IMG/VR virus record: IMGVR_UViG_3300044846_005772
Direction: 5' to 3' (one strand)
Length of the DNA: 64,000 nucleotides
DNA from: a virus
Lineage: Duplodnaviria > Heunggongvirae > Uroviricota > Caudoviricetes
The notes below the pieces were generated by a model. The model was not told the origin of the DNA. It made no database searches and saw only the letters and a program-made list of their open reading frames with translations. This document shows positions 1 through 10,233 of the stretch, one piece after another. Positions within the stretch are counted from its first letter, which is position 1, and every line of letters starts with the position of its first letter. The translations under genes and the position numbers were made by a program.

Positions 1-764
1 CTGGAACTGTTAAGATTGACGAGAAATACTCGGATTTCTATAAGATGCAGGAAAATGTAGGCCCACTTGTTATGGTACTTTCGGCAAAGCACCTTATAGA
101 TAATAAGTATTCACCAAATATTAAGATCAAAATGGTTTATCTCAAGTATGATGAATCGAATGAGTACTTAAAGAAATATTGGGCATTGAAAGAAGATTCT
201 ATTCAAATGTATAAGAATGCCAAGGATTACGGCAGAGACATGTTGAATATAGAGAAGAAATTCATATACGAAAGTCAAGAAAGACTATCATTCATCTCAA
301 ATCTAGTAAAGAAGTTGGGCAAAAATACCTTGATTCTTTTCTCTGATGTAAAAAACGGTTACGGTAAATCTATTCAAGAAGCGATCTTTGAATGGAATCC
401 CAGAACCTATTACATTGATGGAGAAGTTGAAACAAATGTTAGGGATGAATATAAAGATGATATGGAAAAGGAGAATGATGTTATAATAGTCGCATCATAT
501 GGAACTTTTGCGACAGGTATTGACTTAAAGAATGTCCATCACATCATATTTGCAGAATCCACAAAAGCTGAGATAACGATTAGACAGTCAATCGGCCGAG
601 GTATGCGTAAGTTAGCTGAAAAAAATAAGGTCATCATATGGGATTTAATAGATGACCTTAGAGGGTATTCAGTAAAGCACTCAAAGGTGCGAGAGAAAAT
701 TTACGTTGAACAAGAATTTGAGATCGCTAAAAACGTTATTGATTTAACGAAGCTTTCTGTATAG
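1..764 (+). CDS. SF2 helicase, C-terminal domain (5' end truncated by window edge)
   Basis: Frame is open from nt 3. Helicase motifs V and VI are present (IIVASYGTFATGIDL, QSIGRGMR). Confidence 0.6.
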   Translation, partial: GTVKIDEKYSDFYKMQENVGPLVMVLSAKHLIDNKYSPNIKIKMVYLKYDESNEYLKKYWALKEDSIQMYKNAKDYGRDMLNIEKKFIYESQERLSFISNLVKKLGKNTLILFSDVKNGYGKSIQEAIFEWNPRTYYIDGEVETNVRDEYKDDMEKENDVIIVASYGTFATGIDLKNVHHIIFAESTKAEITIRQSIGRGMRKLAEKNKVIIWDLIDDLRGYSVKHSKVREKIYVEQEFEIAKNVIDLTKLSV

Positions 765-905
765 CAATCATTGAATCATAATACATTCCAAATACTTCAT
801 CTTCATATTCAGAAGTTCTGAAGAACTTTGAAAGATCGATGCTGATTTCATGATATGAAGAGTCTATTGAGAATCTAGCAAGTACCTTGGTTTTACGGCT
901 GTCCA

Positions 906-1115
906 TTAGTAACCAGTATAGTCATTCCAAGGCTCATCATCAAATAGCATATCAAGTCTCTTCTTTCTAGCTTCTTCAGATTCGTCTCCTTCTTCAGTTT
1001 CAATTGAGCTCTCCTCATATCCAGGCCACTCATTTGTGTCGAAATCTGGATCAGAATAATTTCCTTCGTTTACTTTAACGAATTCTTTAAAACCTAATAG
1101 TTTTGGATCATTCAT
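906..1115 (-). CDS. hypothetical acidic protein (69 aa)
   Basis: ORF only; Asp/Glu-rich. Confidence 0.3.
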   Translation of the reverse strand: MNDPKLLGFKEFVKVNEGNYSDPDFDTNEWPGYEESSIETEEGDESEEARKKRLDMLFDDEPWNDYTGY

Positions 1116-1312
1116 GTTAATGAATTATTTTTATTTTTTAGCAAGTACTCTAAGCATTCAACATGTTCCTGCATTTGCATTATGTTAAATCTTCGAATAG
1201 CTTTTTTTGGACCATGTAACATCATCTCCTTAATTACTTTAGCCAGTATATCATCTCCCCAAAGAGCAGCTGCTTCCAAAATAGTTGATACTTTGTTGCT
1301 AAATGATCCCAT
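1112..1312 (-). CDS. hypothetical protein (66 aa)
   Basis: ORF with 4-nt overlap to the downstream gene (operon-like). Confidence 0.3.
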   Translation of the reverse strand: MGSFSNKVSTILEAAALWGDDILAKVIKEMMLHGPKKAIRRFNIMQMQEHVECLEYLLKNKNNSLT

Positions 1313-1360
1313 TAGTTTTATTTATTTCTTATTCGCATATATTAACTTAATATGTGAGAA

Positions 1361-2026
1361 TCATCCTTTCCAGAAATATAAGAAGCTTTGGTGAAATCCT
1401 AAAACTACGTGATAGTTATTAAATCCTTTATCTAGAAAAAATTGAACGAATTTGGAGCGTTCAGTATCATCTCCTTCTTCATGAAATTCAATAAATATTT
1501 TCTGGATCTTATCCCAAGTAATTTGACTAACTTCTCTAAACACCTTTTTTTCATTTCCCTCAATATCACATTTCATGTAATCTATTCTTGTGATATTGTG
1601 CTTATCAAAAAATTCATCTAATGTTATGCACGGAATAGGCTGATGCTCCCAATAATTAGGCCACTTTGATATATCGATGACTCCTCTGGTCGTGCCAATT
1701 GCAATATTATCTACAATCCAGTGATAGTTTTTATTTTTATTTAGTGCTTCAAATACACCAGGATCAGGCTCAACACAATATATTTTAGAGCATCCATTTG
1801 ATTCTGCTCGAATGGCTGACATTCCAATATTTGCACCTAAATCTAAATATATGTCTCCGGGTTTTATTCCAGGACCATATGCATTTAATTCATCATGTAT
1901 TAGATTACCATATGCCATTGCGCCTTCCCAACCATACCTATTCGATAAATCTTCAATGGATCCTGAAGTATCCCAAGTTGAAATATCTAATTGTTTATCG
2001 TCCTTTGTATAAAATTTAGTGCGCAT
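1361..2026 (-). CDS. FkbM-family SAM-dependent methyltransferase
   Basis: Glycine-rich SAM motif DLGANIGMSAI; length 221 aa fits FkbM. Confidence 0.6.
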   Translation of the reverse strand: MRTKFYTKDDKQLDISTWDTSGSIEDLSNRYGWEGAMAYGNLIHDELNAYGPGIKPGDIYLDLGANIGMSAIRAESNGCSKIYCVEPDPGVFEALNKNKNYHWIVDNIAIGTTRGVIDISKWPNYWEHQPIPCITLDEFFDKHNITRIDYMKCDIEGNEKKVFREVSQITWDKIQKIFIEFHEEGDDTERSKFVQFFLDKGFNNYHVVLGFHQSFLYFWKG

Positions 2027-2040
2027 AGTTTATTTAACTA

Positions 2041-2811
2041 TTATTTACTCCCATTTAGTTTTTCAGTTCTTTCAATTTCATCAAAGATGGTCTCTAATTT
2101 CTTGATTATCGGATGACGAACTATATCTTCCTTACCTAGTTCAACTATACCAATTTCTTCAATTCCAGAAAAATGTTCTATTAGTATTTCCAAAGCGCTC
2201 TTCTCTTTCTTATTTACTGACTTTTGCTTAATGTCTCCCAAGAAGATCATCTTGGCATTATTTCCGATACGAGTTATTAGCGTTCTTAAGTTATCCTTTG
2301 AGATCTGTTGAGCTTCATCAACGATAATTATAGCATCATCTAATGTTACTCCAAGAGCAAATTTAATAGGTAGAATTTCAATGATTCCATTTGCCTTAAG
2401 TTCCTCAGTAGCAACCTTGCCGATAACTTTATGAAAATTACTAATGAATGGATACATATACATTTCCATCTTCTCTTCTAATGTTCCCTTTAAAAAACCA
2501 ATTTCCTCATCCTTAGGCACATTTACAGACTTGATAAGAACTATCTTCTTGTATGTTAATGCTTCATCCTTTATGAATTTCAATGCTCTTGCGCAAGACA
2601 GATAAGTTTTACCTGTTCCTGGAGGACCTGTCACAATTGAAATAACTTTGTCTTGGATAGCATCAATAACGTCCTTTTGAGATTTTGATTTACACTTAAT
2701 ATCAATCTTTCCAGATAATATTTTAGCATTGCTTAATAACTCTCTATCCCTATCCCAACCTGCAATATTTTCACTCTCTTCCTTTCTAGTTCTTTTGATT
2801 CCTTTTGCCAT
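2041..2811 (-). CDS. phoH: PhoH-like ATPase
   Basis: Walker A TGPPGTGKTYL and PhoH-like C-terminal layout; common in phages. Confidence 0.8.
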   Translation of the reverse strand: MAKGIKRTRKEESENIAGWDRDRELLSNAKILSGKIDIKCKSKSQKDVIDAIQDKVISIVTGPPGTGKTYLSCARALKFIKDEALTYKKIVLIKSVNVPKDEEIGFLKGTLEEKMEMYMYPFISNFHKVIGKVATEELKANGIIEILPIKFALGVTLDDAIIIVDEAQQISKDNLRTLITRIGNNAKMIFLGDIKQKSVNKKEKSALEILIEHFSGIEEIGIVELGKEDIVRHPIIKKLETIFDEIERTEKLNGSK

Positions 2812-2814
2812 ACT

Positions 2815-3465
2815 TTAATATATTTTTGCAGCGATTACTATACCCAATAATATTCGCATGTGATTTAATAAAAAGTTGTAATATGAAGTTACGACTTTAA
2901 GTTCGTCTGCTGTAAAACGATTCTCATTTACTTTTGAGCTCAATGTTCTAACCAATGTTCTTGTTTTTGCAGGCATATCTAATCCATGCACCTCTAATAA
3001 ATCATCAAGAAGACTCACAAAAATTCCACTACCTACAAAATTAAATCCTATCTCTTCTACAAACTCCAAGTTTTGTTTTATAGATTCTATCTTCTGTTGT
3101 AAACTATTTGAAGATATTCCCTTTGTTAATGATTCATTTGTTGAGTTCAATTTTTCAACTTCTCCGGATATTTCTTGCAAATACAAAAGATCTTGTGTGT
3201 ATAAAGTAACCATTGCTTGCGTTTCGCCGTCGACAAAATAAAAATTAATCATTTCAGGAGATTCTAGTCCCTGTACTTGACTTAGAATTATTGGTGATAT
3301 TCCCATCTTTTCAGGATCAAACGAATCTTTCTCCAGCACTATTTCATAGTCATCAAATGGAAAGGCTTGCAAGAAAGGCACTAGCTCATATAGCTCAGCT
3401 GCACTCTCATAGTCGTATTCTTCTTCCATCTTGCCACCTTTATTTTTATTTATTTTGAAAATCAA
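2815..3465 (-). CDS. hypothetical protein (216 aa)
   Basis: Long ORF, compact spacing with phoH. Confidence 0.5.
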   Translation of the reverse strand: MIFKINKNKGGKMEEEYDYESAAELYELVPFLQAFPFDDYEIVLEKDSFDPEKMGISPIILSQVQGLESPEMINFYFVDGETQAMVTLYTQDLLYLQEISGEVEKLNSTNESLTKGISSNSLQQKIESIKQNLEFVEEIGFNFVGSGIFVSLLDDLLEVHGLDMPAKTRTLVRTLSSKVNENRFTADELKVVTSYYNFLLNHMRILLGIVIAAKIY

Positions 3466-3600
3466 CCGACCGTATTTAATACTCTAGTCAAGCCGTAATT
3501 CTTTATCTAGGTGAATAGAAATATGGATAAATAATACAATAAATTAGCCTGAAGGGCAGGTCTCCTAAAACTTTATTCAAGGGTCTGTGTATAAAAATAC

Positions 3601-5025
3601 ATGGAAGACATTCAAAAAACGATTAAAAAGCTAGACTTAAAGCAAAATGCTATCAAGATCTTAATTAATTCTATATACGGAGCTTTTGGAAACAAATGGT
3701 TCTATTTCTATAATCCAGACATAGCACAATCAATTACTCTACAGGGCCAAGATCTTATCAAATTCTCAATCAAAGCAGTAAACCACTATTTTGCGGAGAA
3801 ATGGCATCTTGACTCTGAACTTCATGAAAAATTAGGAATATCTGGTTATAAAATTAATAAGATTGAAGAAGAAGCTGCAATTTACACAGACACTGACTCA
3901 ATCTACGTGCAATTCGATCCTGCTTTAAAATCAATTGAAGGTTATAATCCAGACAATGAAGAAGCTCTTAAGTTATGTATTGCAATTGATGATCTTAGAC
4001 TCTCTAGTTACTTTGATGCGTGCTTTGAGAAATATGGAAAAGTATTCAACACCAAGAATCGTTTGAAATTTAAACTTGAAAATCTTTCAGAACGTGGACT
4101 ATGGTTGAAGAAAAAGAATTATGTTATCAAGGTTTCGTATGAACCTAACTCAAAGCTTGAAGTTATTCCTAAAGATAAACGATATTTGATTATCAAGGGA
4201 CTTGAACCAGTTAAGAGCTCATATCCTACTTGGGCACGCGAACATCTCAAAAAGATGACTGACTATTTGCTTGCTCTCGGTCGTAACTTAAATTTAGAGC
4301 AAGATCTTATTCCTAAACTTCGTTCTCTTAAGGATGAGTTCAATACTCTCCATATTGAAGATATTGCGTTCAACTTCAACATCAGAGTTTACAACAAGTA
4401 CGTAGGTAGCGAGGAGAAACTCGACCTTAAGAAAGGAATATCGATCTTTCCTAGAGCAGCTGCATACCACAATCACCTTCTAATTAAGAAAGGACTGGAT
4501 CAGAAATACTCAAAGATCAGAGAAAAAGATAAAATTAAGTTTTACTATTGCGCTCCAAATGAGCATGAATTTGATGTGTTTGCGTATGTTCCTCAAGTAT
4601 TTCCTGATGAGATTGCTCCACCGATCGATCGAGATCTGCAATTCTTCAATTTAATAGTTGAACCTTTGAACAGGCAGCTCGAAGCAATGGGTGTAAACTC
4701 ACTAACTCCCGACCTAACTCGTCAAGTGGATTTCGTAAAGACTAAAACTAAGAAAGAGATTAAGGAGTCTGACTTCTTCCCGTTATACGTTATTAATAGA
4801 GCAACCTTGGAAACCAGCGAAGTTCCGGAGAAATTTTGGAAAGTTATCGGAAATCCAGAAGCTAAGGTATCCGATGATGATTTTGGCGAGTACTTGGCAA
4901 CTATTACGAGATATGGACTAAATTCAACTATTGTTCCAAAGATAGATCTTGAAAAGTACAAGAAGAAACTTATCAAGAAGATGGAGGAACCAATAGTTGA
5001 GGAGGTTGAGGAAAATGAAGATTGA
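3601..5025 (+). CDS. family B DNA polymerase, C-terminal fragment (motif B, motif C, thumb)
   Basis: N-terminus is KILINSIYGAFG (motif B, Kx3NSxYG); IYTDTDSIYV is motif C. An in-frame TAA lies 2 codons upstream of the ATG. No exonuclease domain or motif A is present. Confidence 0.8.
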   Translation: MEDIQKTIKKLDLKQNAIKILINSIYGAFGNKWFYFYNPDIAQSITLQGQDLIKFSIKAVNHYFAEKWHLDSELHEKLGISGYKINKIEEEAAIYTDTDSIYVQFDPALKSIEGYNPDNEEALKLCIAIDDLRLSSYFDACFEKYGKVFNTKNRLKFKLENLSERGLWLKKKNYVIKVSYEPNSKLEVIPKDKRYLIIKGLEPVKSSYPTWAREHLKKMTDYLLALGRNLNLEQDLIPKLRSLKDEFNTLHIEDIAFNFNIRVYNKYVGSEEKLDLKKGISIFPRAAAYHNHLLIKKGLDQKYSKIREKDKIKFYYCAPNEHEFDVFAYVPQVFPDEIAPPIDRDLQFFNLIVEPLNRQLEAMGVNSLTPDLTRQVDFVKTKTKKEIKESDFFPLYVINRATLETSEVPEKFWKVIGNPEAKVSDDDFGEYLATITRYGLNSTIVPKIDLEKYKKKLIKKMEEPIVEEVEENED

Positions 5026-6166
5026 TTTTCAAATGATGACTGGTTCCAAGTATGAAATAAGCGAGTTTATTAAGGATGTTCTTAAAGTTAGATTTCCAAA
5101 ATCTCCTCTAAAGCAAGAGATAAACGATGAGGATCCTGATAAAATCAATTTCGCATGTCCATACTGTGGAGATTCTGAAAAGGATCAGAACAAGAAGAGA
5201 GGTAATCTCTACTTGACCACCAAAACCTACAAGTGTTTTAATGATGGTTGCATGAAATGGGTTCCATTAAAGACCTTCATTTCTAATTTTGCAAGTAAAT
5301 ATGCATTAAGTATCCCTGATCTCGAGCTTCAAAGAACTGTTGATACTTCAAAAACTAAAGAACGAGAACTAAACATCATAGAGTTTTTAGTAGATAGGCG
5401 AATCGGAGATTCATTATTAAGCATAGAACAAGTAGCTTCTCGATTTTCTCTAACGCCTTGTGCTGAAGCGGAAATTGATTCTCCGATATATGAATACATT
5501 ACTAACCGTAAGTTAAATCATCTACCCGCTTTTGAGAAAAGCTGTTACTTTGATTCTAGAGAAGACAAAATCTATCTTTTTAATTTAGATAATTCATCCG
5601 GTAAAATATTAGGATTTGCTATTCGTCGAATTAGTAATGATTGGAAGGGGCCAAGATACGATATCCGAAACTATTCGGAATTGCAGAAGAGCGGATTAGT
5701 TCGAAGTATTAGCGATGAGTTTTTAGAAAAAATAAATTCAGTAAACAATTTCTTTAATATTTTAAACGTTGACTTTTCAAAACCTATTATGATAACTGAA
5801 GGTCAAATCGACTCAATGTTTCTAAACAATAGCATAGCAACTACTGGAGTAACTAAGAGCAAGAAGATCTTGGGAACCATTGTTAGCAAGAAGAATGCAA
5901 GAATCTTATTTGATCGTGACTCTGCAGGTAAAGGTGAAATGATTGATCTAATAAAGCAAGGCTACAAAGTTTTTCTTTGGAATAAACTAACGTATGATCT
6001 TCGACTAAAACATATGGGAAAATCGAAAGAGATTGATCTTATTAAAGATATTAATGATCTATATCGTTTTTTATCAGAATATGATAGCTCGATGGATTAC
6101 CAAAAATTCAATGTAGTAATCGAACAGTATTTCTCAGAGACAGCCTTCGACCTTATCTTTATCTAA
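5015..6166 (+). CDS. DnaG-like DNA primase (zinc ribbon + TOPRIM)
   Basis: Zinc ribbon CPYCGDS...CFNDGC. TOPRIM motifs ITEGQIDSMF (Glu) and LFDRDSAGKG (DxD). Start chosen at the ATG that overlaps the polymerase stop. Confidence 0.7.
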   Translation: MKIDFQMMTGSKYEISEFIKDVLKVRFPKSPLKQEINDEDPDKINFACPYCGDSEKDQNKKRGNLYLTTKTYKCFNDGCMKWVPLKTFISNFASKYALSIPDLELQRTVDTSKTKERELNIIEFLVDRRIGDSLLSIEQVASRFSLTPCAEAEIDSPIYEYITNRKLNHLPAFEKSCYFDSREDKIYLFNLDNSSGKILGFAIRRISNDWKGPRYDIRNYSELQKSGLVRSISDEFLEKINSVNNFFNILNVDFSKPIMITEGQIDSMFLNNSIATTGVTKSKKILGTIVSKKNARILFDRDSAGKGEMIDLIKQGYKVFLWNKLTYDLRLKHMGKSKEIDLIKDINDLYRFLSEYDSSMDYQKFNVVIEQYFSETAFDLIFI

Positions 6167-6189
6167 TAAATAGTAAAAAGGCTAAACAA

Positions 6190-6456
6190 ATGGCAAATGA
6201 AGAAACAGAATACAATCTCTCAGAAGAAGCATTGGAAAAACTCATCGACTTGGTCGGTTCTGAAGAGGATGTGGAGATGGCTGCTGAAGCTGCTCATGAC
6301 GATTTATTAAAAGCTTTCGAAGAAGGCGAGACAGAATATCAGGAAGGTAGTGTTCCTGAAAAACTAGCTCTTGCTGCATTAGTAGTTAAATTAGTTGAGT
6401 TAGGAAAGATTGGTCCTGAAGATGCTGATGCATTCATTTCAGAGAATCTCGACTAA
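6190..6456 (+). CDS. hypothetical acidic protein (88 aa)
   Basis: ORF, acidic, tight spacing. Confidence 0.45.
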   Translation: MANEETEYNLSEEALEKLIDLVGSEEDVEMAAEAAHDDLLKAFEEGETEYQEGSVPEKLALAALVVKLVELGKIGPEDADAFISENLD

Positions 6457-6465
6457 TACTACATA

Positions 6466-6969
6466 ATGGCAAAGAAAGAAAGAGATATTCATGACTTTCT
6501 AAAACCCCAAAACGGCAGAGTTCGTCAGGGATACTTTGTGCCTAAAAATCCTCAAAAATACAAGGGTGATCCGACCAAAGTAATTTACAGATCTAGTTGG
6601 GAATTTAAGTTTTTAGATTATTGTGATCAAAACGAACTAGTTGTTGAATACGCATCTGAACCTACTGGGATCCCATACTGGAACCCTATTCTAAAAAAGG
6701 AAAGTACTTATTGGGTAGACTGCTATATGGCAACCAGGCAGCTCGATGGATCGATAAAGAAGTGGCTGATTGAGATCAAGCCAAACAAATATCTAAATCC
6801 TCCCGAGTCTCCGAAGAGACTTACTGAGAAACAGACATTAAACTATGTGCGTCATGCAAAAGCATATATCATCAATGATGCTAAATTCAAAGCAGCAAAG
6901 GTGTACGCTCGTAAGAATAACATGGAGTTCGGGATAATTACTGAAAACTTTCTGTTTAACAAGGCGTAA
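6466..6969 (+). CDS. hypothetical protein (167 aa)
   Basis: ORF in a co-directional block. Confidence 0.5.
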   Translation: MAKKERDIHDFLKPQNGRVRQGYFVPKNPQKYKGDPTKVIYRSSWEFKFLDYCDQNELVVEYASEPTGIPYWNPILKKESTYWVDCYMATRQLDGSIKKWLIEIKPNKYLNPPESPKRLTEKQTLNYVRHAKAYIINDAKFKAAKVYARKNNMEFGIITENFLFNKA

Positions 6970-6979
6970 AAGATACTAG

Positions 6980-7651
6980 ATGAAAAAGTTTGAGGACATT
7001 ATTTCTAACCGAGCTGAGAGAACAATTTCTCAAGTTTTTGAACAAAGTGGGACTTCAGTCAATCGAGGAGAGTTGATTCCTGCATACTTTTATTCACTAT
7101 CTATTGAGATTCCAAATATAAATGAATCATGGATTCCTAGAAGTACTCAAGAGTACAGAGAGAACCCAGAAGGTTACATAACTGAAAAACAGTATTTTGA
7201 CCTTAATCCATGCGGTCTAATGCTACATCATGAGCGATGGAGAGAATTCTCTATACTTGTGAACTTAAAACCTATCCCACCAATATATCGAGCTAAATTA
7301 TTAGCAGTCTACTATACTTTAGCTAGACCACTAATTGAAAAGCTTTACTATTCTGAAAGGGTAGATGGAAATGAGGTTGAAAAACTACTTCCATTCAAGG
7401 AGAGAGGAACTCGTCATCTGCCATTTTATGGCATATCCCAAGACATGCTGCAGGCAGCTAGTGGTTTAAATTTAAACTATTCAATAAATAAATATAATTT
7501 AGAAGCTGTTAGGAATGCTAGAATCCTAGATTGGGACAAATTTGGAGAGCTTCCATTTGCAGCAATCGATTCTAGAGCAATGATGACTGCACCCAATATA
7601 GGAAGCATTGCGGATATTTTTGATAGATTCGAACAAAAACAACAAAGTTAA
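6980..7651 (+). CDS. hypothetical protein (223 aa)
   Basis: ORF; its stop overlaps the next start. Confidence 0.5.
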   Translation: MKKFEDIISNRAERTISQVFEQSGTSVNRGELIPAYFYSLSIEIPNINESWIPRSTQEYRENPEGYITEKQYFDLNPCGLMLHHERWREFSILVNLKPIPPIYRAKLLAVYYTLARPLIEKLYYSERVDGNEVEKLLPFKERGTRHLPFYGISQDMLQAASGLNLNYSINKYNLEAVRNARILDWDKFGELPFAAIDSRAMMTAPNIGSIADIFDRFEQKQQS

Positions 7652-9354
7652 TGGCTGGTTTTTTAGATACAAATGGCTTAGGAAGAGGAGGTTCAAAGTT
7701 CTCAGCGCTCAGCAAATTCGGGAACAGGTATGAAGATCTTCTTCTTAGAAACTCTCAGGCGATAGGTTTCGTTGAGGGTCAAATGCAATCTCGACTTGGT
7801 CGAAATGGAGCTGGCGACGATCTTTTAAGATATTCAATGGCTCTTTCAGATACTACTTCTAATCTTAGAAGCAAGGCAATTGCATTCTTTCAATTGGAGT
7901 ATACTACTAAAAGAGAGAGATTACGAGATGTTGCAGCAAATGGAGAAATAGAATTTGTATTAGACACTATCACAGATGATATGATCGTTTATGGAGAAGA
8001 TAATAGATTCTGTTATCCGAACGATATTACTGGAAAGATCTTATATAGAGGATCGAATAAACAACAGCGCTTAAATTTCCAAGAATCAGTAACCAAGAAT
8101 TATTCAGATACTTTCAACAAAATATATTCAACTTGGGGATTTACTGAGGGAATATCTGCATGGCAATACGCTTTTCAATTTTTGATAGAAGGTCATCTTT
8201 CCTTTGAAATCATTTACGATAATTTGGAAAAGCCTACTGAGATTATCGGGTTTAAGGAGCTTGATCCAGCGAGCTTAGCTCCTCAATTAACAAAGGACGC
8301 TAAGGGTAAATTATATCTTGTTTGGAATCAATATGACCCAACTACTGGTTCAACTAGGACGTTGACTGATTCTCAAGTAATCTACATATCGTATTCGAAC
8401 CACTTTAAAACAAAGCGCGTTTCATTCGTTGAACGTTTGATAAGATCATTCAATTTGCTTAGAGTCATTGAACATAGTAAGGTGATTTGGCACGTAATGA
8501 ATGCTCCAATACGTTTGCAAACAAGCGTGCCTATCGGATCTAAGAGTTTCCAAAAGGCGCAAGAGGACGTAAAAGAATTCATGAACTTATTGAAAGAAGA
8601 CGTTCAATTTAATGGAGACACTGGTGAAGTTCAAGTTGACGGTAAACCAAATATATTGTTCTATAAGAATTATGTGACTCCAGTAAATGATCAGAATCAA
8701 TCAGTTAAGATTGAGCCTTTACAAATGCCTGGACCAAACTTGTCTGGATCAGAGCTCCTAAATTATTTCTATAAGAAATTGAAGATGGATTCAAAGATTC
8801 CTTACTCAAGATGGGAAGGTCAATCTGGAATGGGAGCATTCACATTAAACGCTGAAGGTATTACAAGGGAAGAAATCAGATACCAAAAATTTATTAGAAG
8901 ACTACGTTCGGCTTTTTCTGAATTACTTGTAAAACCATGGTATCTACAGATGTGTCTTACTTATCCTGAATTGGCAGAAGATCATAAGTTCAATACTGCA
9001 ATGGGAATCATGTACAACGACGATAACGTGTTTGAGGAGATGAAGAAGAATGATTTAGATGCAAAACGTATCGCTTCATTTACTGCTAAGAAAGGAATAA
9101 TGAAAGATGACGGAACTCCTTATTTCTCGACAGAATACTTGATTCGAACTGAATTGCGATTGACTCAAGACGAAATTGATTCAAATAATCGATGGCTGGA
9201 ATCAGCAAAAGACGAACCTGTTGCTGGCGAAGGCGGCGAAGCACCCGCTCCTCCAGCTGGAGGAGGAGCTGCCCCAGCCCCAGCCGCACCAGAAGCAGCA
9301 GCCGGCTCTGAAACAATCGAGGGCGGAGAGACCAAAGGTACTGGCGCTCTATAA
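7651..9354 (+). CDS. large hypothetical virion-type protein (567 aa; portal-size) with Ala/Pro/Gly-rich C-terminal tail
   Basis: Long ORF; the C-terminal 40 aa are low-complexity (GEGGEAPAPPAGGGAAPAPAAPEAAAG), encoded by a local GC spike. No family assigned. Confidence 0.5.
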   Translation: MAGFLDTNGLGRGGSKFSALSKFGNRYEDLLLRNSQAIGFVEGQMQSRLGRNGAGDDLLRYSMALSDTTSNLRSKAIAFFQLEYTTKRERLRDVAANGEIEFVLDTITDDMIVYGEDNRFCYPNDITGKILYRGSNKQQRLNFQESVTKNYSDTFNKIYSTWGFTEGISAWQYAFQFLIEGHLSFEIIYDNLEKPTEIIGFKELDPASLAPQLTKDAKGKLYLVWNQYDPTTGSTRTLTDSQVIYISYSNHFKTKRVSFVERLIRSFNLLRVIEHSKVIWHVMNAPIRLQTSVPIGSKSFQKAQEDVKEFMNLLKEDVQFNGDTGEVQVDGKPNILFYKNYVTPVNDQNQSVKIEPLQMPGPNLSGSELLNYFYKKLKMDSKIPYSRWEGQSGMGAFTLNAEGITREEIRYQKFIRRLRSAFSELLVKPWYLQMCLTYPELAEDHKFNTAMGIMYNDDNVFEEMKKNDLDAKRIASFTAKKGIMKDDGTPYFSTEYLIRTELRLTQDEIDSNNRWLESAKDEPVAGEGGEAPAPPAGGGAAPAPAAPEAAAGSETIEGGETKGTGAL

Positions 9355-9372
9355 AAAATATTCATAAAAATT

Positions 9373-9401
9373 AAAACCGCTAGAGATCCTAGCGGTTTTT
9401 T
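9373..9401 (+). terminator. rho-independent terminator
   Basis: ccgctag-agatc-ctagcgg followed by T6. Confidence 0.7.
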
Positions 9402-9402
9402 A

Positions 9403-9804
9403 TTGTATAATAGTTTCATGAAAAGACTTTACACTTCTCCAAAGTTAAAGATTATGGAAAGTTCTATTCACGGATGGGGAGTCTTTGCAACTGGCGATAT
9501 TGAAGCATATTGTCTTCTTGAAGAAGCACCGATTGCAAAAATAGCAGATTACTCTCCAAATACAGTAGGTAACCTCTTAGAAGATTATAGATTTTTATGG
9601 CCTACTCGAGAACCATATTCAGAATTAGTAGTCGGCTTTGGTTTTTCTTCGTTATACAACCATAGTGATTCTCCAAATGCTGCATGGTCTCACAACTTAG
9701 AAAATAGAACATTAATTTTTAGGTCAATTAGAAAGATTAGTGCTGGCGAAGAGATAACTGTTTCTTATGGAGACCAGTATGCTTACAGTTTTAAAAACCA
9801 CTAA
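9403..9804 (+). CDS. SET-domain protein (putative lysine methyltransferase)
   Basis: GWGVFATGDI, YNHSDSPNA and GEEITVSYG motifs of the SET domain. Confidence 0.7.
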   Translation: MYNSFMKRLYTSPKLKIMESSIHGWGVFATGDIEAYCLLEEAPIAKIADYSPNTVGNLLEDYRFLWPTREPYSELVVGFGFSSLYNHSDSPNAAWSHNLENRTLIFRSIRKISAGEEITVSYGDQYAYSFKNH

Positions 9805-9815
9805 ATAAAAAATAT

Positions 9816-10094
9816 ATGCCACGTTTTACAGAACGATATGTCGAAGTTTATGTAGATATTGATGTTACAGTTGATGAGCTCTTATCTAAGTGCACACAAT
9901 CTGATATTAAAGATCTCATTAAAGCTTTGAAAGAAGAAGGTCATCTTAATACTGATTCTCTAGTCGAATCAGATACTGTTTCTCTACATGAGGGCGAATT
10001 CATAAGTAAATTGTCGAGCCTCTCTTCAAAATATTATTCAATGAGTAATGAAGATATTGAAAAGATTGAAGAACTACATAAGAAGTACTGTTGA
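9816..10094 (+). CDS. hypothetical protein (92 aa)
   Basis: ORF. Confidence 0.4.
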   Translation: MPRFTERYVEVYVDIDVTVDELLSKCTQSDIKDLIKALKEEGHLNTDSLVESDTVSLHEGEFISKLSSLSSKYYSMSNEDIEKIEELHKKYC

Positions 10095-10233
10095 TCAATT
10101 TGTGCGAAAGTACATATGCGACAGGTGCCCTGAAGAATTAGACGATTTATTTTAAGTTATTGAAGTAAGTAGGCACCAGACCTCTCACTTTGAATAAGTT
10201 AATCCCTAAGAAGAACCAAAAGATTAAGAAGAT

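Noticed and set aside
764-3600. Group I intron or intein interrupting the DNA polymerase
   Set aside because: The interval encodes three ordinary leftward genes, and an in-frame stop lies 2 codons before the polymerase ATG. No intron-like structure or homing endonuclease is visible.
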